In this document: positions 49,628 through 57,007 of the stretch, piece after piece
Numbering within the stretch: the stretch's first letter is position 1
How the letters are laid out: each line of letters starts with the position of its first letter
Origin: Anaerolineales bacterium
GTDB taxonomy: Bacteria > Chloroflexota > Anaerolineae > Anaerolineales > Villigracilaceae
Direction of reading: 5' to 3'
DNA length: 59,698 nucleotides
NCBI GenBank assembly: GCA_038250295.1
Contig: JBBSCM010000001.1
Coordinates: 1-59,698, forward strand
Notes under the pieces: model-generated
Database searches by the model: none
Told to the model about the DNA's origin: nothing
What the model saw: only the letters and a program-made list of their open reading frames with translations
Made by a program: the position numbers and the translations under genes

Positions 49628-52261
49628 ATGACCGAAAAGAAGACATCTCCGAAGAAAACAACAAAACAAACGAAGCCGGAACCGGAAATTCAGGCCGGCG
49701 ACCAGAGTATTGCCGTTGGCGGCGCTGTAACGGATAGCGCCATCATCCATGGGCAGACGATTGTCCTTGCAGACCGCTTCTGGCGTGACCTCAAGCCTGC
49801 TCTGCCGGCCGAAAAGATTCGGGAGGCCACTGCGGCTTATCTCGCCTACCTGACAGACCGTCACTATTACCTTAGCCTGAAAGGCATGGGCGTATCAGAT
49901 CGTGTGCCGCTTAGGCTGAAACTTCTTGATCTCTATGTGCCGCTCAAAGCGCGCATGGAATTACCTGAAGGCGACACATGGAATCGCAACCTCAGCCTCG
50001 CCGGCCGTGAAATCACCAACGATGAACAGGAGCTTTTACACTTCGGTGAGCCTGTGCCGCTTTTGCAGGTATTGCAAAAACATTCAGGCATGATCGTGCT
50101 GGGGGATCCCGGCGCTGGCAAGACAACTTTTGTAAAATACGTTGCGTTACGTCTCGCGCGCGGTGAGGGAGTGAAGATCGGGCTGAGTGATTATTTGCCC
50201 ATCCTGCTTCCGTTGGCTGCGTTTGCCAATGCGATCCAAACACATGACATCCGTCTCGACGATTTCATTGCGGAATACTTTGCCGGCATTGGCGCAGATT
50301 TGCCGGTCGGCCCCATGTTGAGCGAAGCGCTCAAGGCAGGCCGTGCCCTCATCTTATTGGATGGCCTCGACGAAGTACGTGATATTAACATGCGTAATAC
50401 GGTTGTGGAACGCGTGGTGGATTTCTTTGCGTTTCATCGCCGGGTGGGAAATAAATTTGTATTAACCAGCCGCGTGGTCGGTTATCGCGCTGTGCGTCCG
50501 TCTGCTGAAGATCTGGTTGAATGTACCATCGTGGATTTTGAAGAAGACGAGATCGAAAAATTCATTACATACTGGACAACCGCCCTCGAAAAACAGGCCC
50601 AGGGCAATACAGCTGTCGCGCGCACTGATGCGGAGACTGACCGCCGCGAACTGCTTGATTCCATTCAACAAAACCCGGGTGTTCGGCAACTGGCTTCCAC
50701 GCCTTTATTGCTTACCATCCTCGCGTTAATGAAGCGACAGGGTATTTCCCTGCCTGAACGCCGTGTGCAGCTTTATGATCAATATGTAAATACTTTGCTC
50801 TCAACATGGAATCGCGCGCGCAGCCTTAGCGGCCGCGCGCCCGGCCGCGACCTGGATGAGATCCAGACGATACGCATTCTCGCGCCGCTGGCATTGTGGA
50901 TGCACGAGGTCAGCCCCGGTGTTGGGCTGGTTGGGCGTGAAGATATGCGCCGCAAACTGGAAGAACTTTTTTTGGAACGAGGCGATTCGTCCCCGCATCA
51001 GGCCGCGCGCCAATTCCTGACCGATGTACGCGAACATGCTGCGCTTTTGCTTGAACGCGGCCCCGGTGAATATGGTTTCATTCACTTAACTTTTGAAGAA
51101 TACCTTGCCGCGGTTGCTCTTGCTTTAGATGGGCAGGGAGATTCTGCCCCGATCATAGAAACATTATCTGCACATGTAGGCGAGCAGGCCTGGCGTGAAG
51201 TGACGTTGCTTACGATTGGTTATCTTGGTATCCGCCAGCAATTGCCAAAGGTTTCCGGTGAGGTTGTTGAAGCGCTTGTTAATAACCAGCCCGGCCCTCC
51301 CGGCGAAGCCGTGATCCTTGCAGGTGATGCCGTGTTGGATACATGGCCGGGCGGAGTGCCAATACAAAGCAAAGAAAATGTAGTACAAGCCCTGATCACA
51401 ACCATGCAGGATGGCGCCATTCGGCCTGAGTTAAGAAGGCACGCCAGTTTGTTGTTGGGACGGCTCGGCTGGCGGCCCGCGGAACTGGACCGGTTTGCAG
51501 AAGTGCCTGCTAGTGTGTATCAGGCTGGGGTTAAGAAAGAAACGAAGGGAATCCCCTATACATATTGGATCTGTAAATATCCCGTTACCAATATCCAATA
51601 TGCGCGTTTTGTTCAGGAGAATGGATATCAAAGCCGTGAATTTTGGAGCGATGATGGCTGGGAATGGCGCACAGGCAAATATGATGACCGCACGCTTGAA
51701 GATGTAAACCGCGACTGGCTTGAACATCGTCCGCTTGCAAAACGAAACATTCCATACTATTGGCACAGTATCGAGTTGAGCAATCCGATCGTGCCGATTG
51801 TGGGCGTGAGCTGGTTTGAAGCTGAAGCCTATTGCAGCTGGCTTGCGAAAAAGATCGTGGCGGTTCCTGATGGATATACCGTTCGCCTGCCGCGCGATGA
51901 CGAGTGGGAACGCGCTTCACGCGGCACCGATGGGCGTGAATACCCGTGGGGTGAAGGCTTCGATAAAACAGCCGCGAACACCTGGGATAGCAACTCGACA
52001 GGGTCGGGCCTCGGCGGGACCACCGCAGTTTGCACTTTTCCGCAGGGAGTAAGCCCAACCGGCGCAATGGATATGAGCGGCAACGTTTGGGAGTGGACGC
52101 GCTCATGGTATGATGAAGAGAAGAAATATCGCATCGTGCGCGGCGGTTCGTGGATCGGTTATCAATGGTTTGCGCGCTCGTCGTTTTGCAACTGGTCGAT
52201 CCCGTTGATGTTCAATGATGACCTCGGTTTTCGCGTGGTCATTGCGCCAAAAGATTCATAG
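49628..52261 (+). CDS. NLR-like protein: short N-terminal motif, NACHT NTPase, FGE-sulfatase (C-type lectin fold) domain
   Basis: Walker A GDPGAGKT, Walker B LLDGLDE, TSR, TPLLL, FIHLTFEEYLAA; then YPVTNIQY, EWERASRG, YPWG, DMSGNVWEW, RGGSW, GFR. Confidence 0.93.
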   Translation: MTEKKTSPKKTTKQTKPEPEIQAGDQSIAVGGAVTDSAIIHGQTIVLADRFWRDLKPALPAEKIREATAAYLAYLTDRHYYLSLKGMGVSDRVPLRLKLLDLYVPLKARMELPEGDTWNRNLSLAGREITNDEQELLHFGEPVPLLQVLQKHSGMIVLGDPGAGKTTFVKYVALRLARGEGVKIGLSDYLPILLPLAAFANAIQTHDIRLDDFIAEYFAGIGADLPVGPMLSEALKAGRALILLDGLDEVRDINMRNTVVERVVDFFAFHRRVGNKFVLTSRVVGYRAVRPSAEDLVECTIVDFEEDEIEKFITYWTTALEKQAQGNTAVARTDAETDRRELLDSIQQNPGVRQLASTPLLLTILALMKRQGISLPERRVQLYDQYVNTLLSTWNRARSLSGRAPGRDLDEIQTIRILAPLALWMHEVSPGVGLVGREDMRRKLEELFLERGDSSPHQAARQFLTDVREHAALLLERGPGEYGFIHLTFEEYLAAVALALDGQGDSAPIIETLSAHVGEQAWREVTLLTIGYLGIRQQLPKVSGEVVEALVNNQPGPPGEAVILAGDAVLDTWPGGVPIQSKENVVQALITTMQDGAIRPELRRHASLLLGRLGWRPAELDRFAEVPASVYQAGVKKETKGIPYTYWICKYPVTNIQYARFVQENGYQSREFWSDDGWEWRTGKYDDRTLEDVNRDWLEHRPLAKRNIPYYWHSIELSNPIVPIVGVSWFEAEAYCSWLAKKIVAVPDGYTVRLPRDDEWERASRGTDGREYPWGEGFDKTAANTWDSNSTGSGLGGTTAVCTFPQGVSPTGAMDMSGNVWEWTRSWYDEEKKYRIVRGGSWIGYQWFARSSFCNWSIPLMFNDDLGFRVVIAPKDS

Positions 52262-52269
52262 GAGGAATC

Positions 52270-52701
52270 ATGGCAGGAAAAAATCGTCGCCCTGAGCGTG
52301 GTGCAAAAAAGAAAAACGGATTGAGCGCAGGCAATGGCAGTATTGTTATCGGTGGAAGCGTGGACCGAAGCAATATTGTTTTGGGAAATAATAATACGGT
52401 TTCAAATCAAAGCATCAATATCGCGCCTCTCTTTGAGACGATCTATCGTTTTGTTGAAAGACATCCGAAACTTCAAGCCGGGAAAAAGCAGGATGCAAAG
52501 GAAGAACTCAAGGAGATTCAGGCTGCGCTCGAAGAGCCAAAGCCTGACGAAAGTTTTATCGTGCGGCGTTTCCGCAACCTCAAGCGCATGGCTCCAGAAA
52601 TCGTGGAGGTCGCATTTGAAACGCTAAAGAATCCAGTGGGCGGCGTGACAGAAGTTATCAAACGGATTTCAAAAAAGATGGCTGAAGACGCCAACAGATA
52701 A
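52270..52701 (+). CDS. 143-aa protein: Gly/Asn/Ser/Ile-rich N-terminal motif plus helical domain
   Basis: AGGAGG RBS overlapping the NACHT stop; motif similar to the NACHT N-terminus. Confidence 0.85.
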   Translation: MAGKNRRPERGAKKKNGLSAGNGSIVIGGSVDRSNIVLGNNNTVSNQSINIAPLFETIYRFVERHPKLQAGKKQDAKEELKEIQAALEEPKPDESFIVRRFRNLKRMAPEIVEVAFETLKNPVGGVTEVIKRISKKMAEDANR

Positions 52702-52711
52702 GAGCAAAATG

Positions 52712-52739
52712 AACTGGCGGAACCCTCTGCCAGTTTTTT
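52712..52739 (+). terminator. Rho-independent terminator closing the NACHT/partner operon
   Basis: aactggcgga/tctgccagtt stem plus T-run. Confidence 0.8.
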
Positions 52740-52755
52740 GTTGAAAGGATAAAAA

Positions 52756-53457
52756 ATGAAACTGGAAACATTTTTCGTTGCGCTGATATTCTTGACTCTT
52801 ATAAGCTGTTCCGCTCCGGTGGATGTGCCTCCGCCTCCCACCGCCCTGCCATCTGCCACGGCCCAATCGACTCTGATCGCAGCCCCAATATTTACTTCCA
52901 TCCCGGCGCTGACACAGCCTCCCACTGCTACACTTGCGCTCCCAGTGGCGACAACTGCGCTCTCATTCTGCGATGATGCACGTGGCCGCGAATTGATCAA
53001 CTCTTTTAGGACAGCCATCACATCCAAAGATGGGCCGCTGCTCTCATCCCTTGTTTCCCCTGCCTCCGGTATGGATGTGCGTTTTTATCGCGACGGCAAC
53101 GTTATTAACTATGATGTGGAACATGCCAAGTTTGTCTTTGAAACCACCTTTCAAGCAGACTGGGGACTTTCCTTTGGAAGCGGTGAACCCACCCTCGGCT
53201 CATTTCAGGAAATTATCCTGCCGTCTTTGCAACAAGTGTTTACCTCAAATGCTGTTGTTGTTTGTAATCAGATCAAAGTCGGCGGCGCAACCTATCAACC
53301 CATTTGGCCCTATGCAGATTTGAATTACTACTCCGTGCATTTCCCCGGCACAGATCAATACGGCGGATTGGATTGGCAGACCTGGGTTGTTGGTATGGAT
53401 AGTGTGGGGGGCAAACCATATCTGGCGGCTCTCATTCACTTCGTATGGGAACCCTAG
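52756..53457 (+). CDS. Hypothetical lipoprotein
   Basis: Lipobox LISC, Pro/Thr linker, globular C-terminal domain. Confidence 0.8.
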   Translation: MKLETFFVALIFLTLISCSAPVDVPPPPTALPSATAQSTLIAAPIFTSIPALTQPPTATLALPVATTALSFCDDARGRELINSFRTAITSKDGPLLSSLVSPASGMDVRFYRDGNVINYDVEHAKFVFETTFQADWGLSFGSGEPTLGSFQEIILPSLQQVFTSNAVVVCNQIKVGGATYQPIWPYADLNYYSVHFPGTDQYGGLDWQTWVVGMDSVGGKPYLAALIHFVWEP

Positions 53458-53483
53458 TGCAGCTGGCGCGAACTATTTGATGC

Positions 53484-53528
53484 ATTCATCCTGCTTCCCT
53501 AATCATAGGGAAGCAGGATGAATTTTTT
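53484..53528 (+). terminator. 18-bp perfect hairpin terminator
   Basis: attcatcctgcttcccta-atca-tagggaagcaggatgaat-ttttt. Confidence 0.85.
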
Positions 53529-53567
53529 AAGGTAAGAAACACACAACTATGCTATTATATATTTATG

Positions 53568-53589
53568 TTATTGCAAAAAGTTGCAATAA
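53568..53589. promoter_or_regulatory. Palindromic operator for the adjacent Fur-family regulator
   Basis: TTATTGCAA-aaag-TTGCAATAA overlapping the RBS of the fur-like gene. Confidence 0.7.
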
Positions 53590-53599
53590 GGAAATTTTA

Positions 53600-54025
53600 A
53601 TGTCCTGCTCAGAAGATTACGCTCCTCAACTCCGCGCCCGTGGTTACCGCATGACTCTCCAACGGATGGCGATCTTGCATGTGCTTCATCATTCAGGCAA
53701 GCATCTCTCTCCCGCGGATGTATACGAGAAGGCGCATAAGGAGTTACCTGGCCTCACTGAGACCACGGTATACCGCACACTGGAATTCCTGGCTGAGAAC
53801 GGGCTGGCTCGCCCCGCGCACATGGGCAATGGTCATCTTGTTTATGAGATCGCGCGGCACGAACATCATCATTTAAAATGCCGCAATTGTGGAGATGAAA
53901 TGGAGGTGGAACACGCCTTACTAAAATCCATGTACCGGAAACTCGAATCTGAAAGCGGCTATCAATTAACTGATAGCCATTTAACGTTTTTTGGCCTTTG
54001 TCCAGGTTGTCAAAAAGGAGATTAA
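53600..54025 (+). CDS. Fur-family metalloregulator (Zur/Nur-like)
   Basis: TTVYRTL, HEHHHLKCRNCG and CPGC motifs. Confidence 0.92.
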   Translation: MSCSEDYAPQLRARGYRMTLQRMAILHVLHHSGKHLSPADVYEKAHKELPGLTETTVYRTLEFLAENGLARPAHMGNGHLVYEIARHEHHHLKCRNCGDEMEVEHALLKSMYRKLESESGYQLTDSHLTFFGLCPGCQKGD

Positions 54026-54026
54026 C

Positions 54027-54962
54027 ATGCACTATTCACCAGTTCTTATGCACATCCCCGACGGTTTTCTTAGTTTGATCGTATCCATTATATGCTGGGT
54101 AGCCTCCGCTTCAATTATCGGTCTCGCCATTTCAAAGACAAATAAAGCGCTTGGCGAAAAACAAATTCCTTTAATGGGCGTGATGGCGGCATTTATTTTC
54201 GCCGCGCAGATGATCAACTTCCCTGTGGCAGGCGGCACATCCGGTCATTTGCTTGGCGGCGCGCTGGCAGCCATCACACTTGGTCCTTGGGCCGGTATGC
54301 TTGTGATGACCTCAGTAATTGCGTTACAGGCTTTGCTCTTTCAAGACGGCGGTCTTGTTGTAATGGGTGCAAACATACTTAATATGGGATTGCTCACTGC
54401 TGCTGTTGGTTACGGACTTTATCGTTTTGCTTCAACTCAATCAAACAATGTAAAACTTGGTATCGCTGGTGTGGCCGCGTGGCTTTCTGTAATGACAGGC
54501 GCTTTACTTACATCTCTTGAGCTTTGGTTAAGTGGTACTTCAGATTTGCAAGTTGTCATCCCCTCCATGCTCGGTGTACACGCCTTGATCGGCCTTGGTG
54601 AAGCATTCATCACCGTTTCGGCTTTGGCGTTTATCCTGCGGACACGTCCTGATTTACTTGGTGAAGATTCTGAATCTGCAAAAGCCAGCCGTGGTTGGAT
54701 TTTTGTTGGCGGACTCATTACGCTTGTAGTTGTTTTTCTTTCCCCGCTTGCATCAGCGGACCCTGATGGACTTGAGCGTGTTGCCACAGATATGGGCTTT
54801 ATCAATGCAGGTCAATCGGCCCCGTATTCCATCATCCCCGACTACACTTTGCCATTCCTTGGTGAGACTGCATTTTCCACTATTGCGGCGGGGGTAATTG
54901 GCGTGATCGTTGTCGGCGTGGTCGTTATGCTGGTTGGCCGCGGCATGAAGGCAAAGGCATAA
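54027..54962 (+). CDS. nikMN: ECF Ni/Co transporter S component, NikM/CbiM fused to a PDGLE (NikN) domain
   Basis: MHIPDG, GGTSGHLLGG and PDGLE motifs; start at 54027 or 54048. Confidence 0.88.
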   Translation: MHYSPVLMHIPDGFLSLIVSIICWVASASIIGLAISKTNKALGEKQIPLMGVMAAFIFAAQMINFPVAGGTSGHLLGGALAAITLGPWAGMLVMTSVIALQALLFQDGGLVVMGANILNMGLLTAAVGYGLYRFASTQSNNVKLGIAGVAAWLSVMTGALLTSLELWLSGTSDLQVVIPSMLGVHALIGLGEAFITVSALAFILRTRPDLLGEDSESAKASRGWIFVGGLITLVVVFLSPLASADPDGLERVATDMGFINAGQSAPYSIIPDYTLPFLGETAFSTIAAGVIGVIVVGVVVMLVGRGMKAKA

Positions 54963-54964
54963 CC

Positions 54965-55756
54965 TTGCATTTCGACGCCTTTGATCGTTATCACGAAAAG
55001 GAAAGTTTCATCCACCACCTTGACCCGCGGGTCAAGGTGGTGGTGACGATTGTTTTTATTGTTTCCAACGCGTTGCTTCCTGACGGCGCATGGACGGCCT
55101 TTATATTCGCATGGTTATTTTTACTTCTTGCGAACGCACTCTCACGACTTGGGATCACTTATACGATCAAGCGTTCGCTTATAGCTCTTCCCTTTGCATT
55201 GATCGCGGTTACCATTTTATTTTCCATGCCCGGTGAACCGATTGCATCCTTTAAACTGCTCATGTGGAACCTCACGGTCACCGATACGGGCTTTCTTCGT
55301 TTTGTAAGCATTCTTATCCGCTCGTGGCTTTCGGTGCAACTGGCGATATTGCTTGTGGCTACCACACGTTTCCCGGATCTTATTCATGCTTTCGAACATT
55401 TACGCGTACCCGCAATTCTCACTACGATTATTGCATTTTTATATCGCTACTTATTTGTGCTGACGGATGAAGTCCTTCGTCTGCTTCGGGCGAGGGAATC
55501 CCGTTCGGCGGCCTCGGCAGGTAAACGGTCGGGAGGAGGCGTGTTGTGGAGGGCAAAAGTCGCGGGCAATATGGCAGGTCAACTTTTTCTGCGAAGTTAC
55601 GAACGCAGTGACCGTATCTATAACGCGATGTTGTCACGCGGTTATACCGGTCATCTTTATACATTGAATCCGCATGAGATGAAGTCGCGTGATTATTTTG
55701 TGACCGCATTCGCCATTGCGATCATATTTATTGTTCAGATCATTGGAAGGCTCTAA
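54965..55756 (+). CDS. cbiQ: ECF T component CbiQ/NikQ
   Basis: LDPRVK, YRYLF, ARESR and AMLSRG motifs. Confidence 0.92.
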   Translation: MHFDAFDRYHEKESFIHHLDPRVKVVVTIVFIVSNALLPDGAWTAFIFAWLFLLLANALSRLGITYTIKRSLIALPFALIAVTILFSMPGEPIASFKLLMWNLTVTDTGFLRFVSILIRSWLSVQLAILLVATTRFPDLIHAFEHLRVPAILTTIIAFLYRYLFVLTDEVLRLLRARESRSAASAGKRSGGGVLWRAKVAGNMAGQLFLRSYERSDRIYNAMLSRGYTGHLYTLNPHEMKSRDYFVTAFAIAIIFIVQIIGRL

Positions 55757-56517
55757 TGCCCATTACACATGCTCACACAATTTTTCCCGCTCAAAAAAAT
55801 GATGACGATGCGCTTTGCGTGCAGGTGCGCGACTTGAATTTTTCGTATCCTGATGGACACATGGCGCTCGCAGGTGTTTCCATCAAATTATGCGATGGTG
55901 ATAAGGTTGCGTTGGTTGGACCGAACGGCGCGGGAAAATCCACCTTGATGCTGCACTTGAATGGGATATTAGGCGGGCATGGAGAAGTGGAGATTAAGGG
56001 ACAACGCCTCACTCGTGACAATTTGCCTGCCATCCGCGCAATGGTGGGACTCGTCTTCCAGAACCCGGACGACCAACTTTTCTCGCCGACAGTTTTTGAG
56101 GACGTGGCATTTGGTCCGCTTCATATGGGTTTGCCTGAAGATGAAGTGCGCGCGAGAGTGGATGCTGCGCTCGAAGCGGTGCGTATGTCTTCCTATAAAG
56201 ACCGCCTCTCCCATCACTTAAGTGTAGGGGAGAAGAAACGTATTGCGATTGCCACGGTGTTATCCATGAATCCAAGCATCTTGATCCTGGATGAACCCTC
56301 CGCTGGACTCGATCCGCGCGCACGCAGGACATTGATTAATTTACTGCGCGAGTTGCCGATCACCATGCTGGTCTCCACGCATGATATGACACTGGTGCAG
56401 GAACTCTTCCCACGCACGATCGTGATGGATGAAGGCAGGGTGGTGGCTGATGGTTTGACGAGTGAAATTTTGGAAGATGAAAAACTGTTGACGGCACATG
56501 GGTTGGAAAAGCCGTAG
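55756..56517 (+). CDS. cbiO: ECF ATPase CbiO/NikO
   Basis: GPNGAGKST, FQNPDDQLF and LDEP motifs. Confidence 0.93.
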   Translation: MPITHAHTIFPAQKNDDDALCVQVRDLNFSYPDGHMALAGVSIKLCDGDKVALVGPNGAGKSTLMLHLNGILGGHGEVEIKGQRLTRDNLPAIRAMVGLVFQNPDDQLFSPTVFEDVAFGPLHMGLPEDEVRARVDAALEAVRMSSYKDRLSHHLSVGEKKRIAIATVLSMNPSILILDEPSAGLDPRARRTLINLLRELPITMLVSTHDMTLVQELFPRTIVMDEGRVVADGLTSEILEDEKLLTAHGLEKP

Positions 56518-56523
56518 CACGCC

Positions 56524-56625
56524 ATGAAAAATGGAACCTACTATTGGCGTGTCCGTGCTAAAGATGCGGCCGGGAATTGGGGTGCCTGGTCTGTACCTTC
56601 TACCATCAATATTATAGGCCATTGA
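56524..56625 (+). pseudogene. Fibronectin-III-like C-terminal gene remnant
   Basis: Translates as [23 protein letters not shown]..., with the rest of the domain missing. Confidence 0.7.
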
Positions 56626-56775
56626 TTTGGGTTGGAATCTACCCCGGAACATTTTTTGGAAGACTCGCTCAAAACTCCCGCAGCATCTCTGTGGGAGTCT
56701 TGAGCATCGTGTTTTTGTTTCTTGACTTTACTGGTAATACAATCAATAATGATTTTAGCCATAAATCTTTCATTT

Positions 56776-56871
56776 GTCATGGATGAAGGGCGGGTTGCGG
56801 CCAATGACCTGACGAGTGAAATTTTGGAGGACGAAAAATTGTCGACGGCGCGTGGGTTGGAGCAGCCGTGG
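56776..56871 (+). pseudogene. Diverged duplicate of the last 96 nt of cbiO
   Basis: 77/96 nt identical to 56422-56517 by manual alignment. Confidence 0.85.
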
Positions 56872-57007
56872 CGATGATATACTGCATTCTTGTTCATCAT
56901 GTTTGTAATTGTAGGAAAAATTGGTATTGCCCCATCTTTTCATTTTGAGTACAATTTAGGGGAGTTTTTTCGATAGCGAGTGTGTGCGGAGTCTATGGAT
57001 TGTTCTC

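Noticed and set aside
51480-52261. Active formylglycine-generating enzyme
   Set aside because: No catalytic CxxxxC pair before the RGGSW-GFR end and it is fused to NACHT, so it is better read as a binding domain
53458-53600. Cobalamin or NiCo riboswitch ahead of the ECF operon
   Set aside because: The region is short and AT-rich, lacks the conserved cores, and is explained by a terminator plus a palindromic operator
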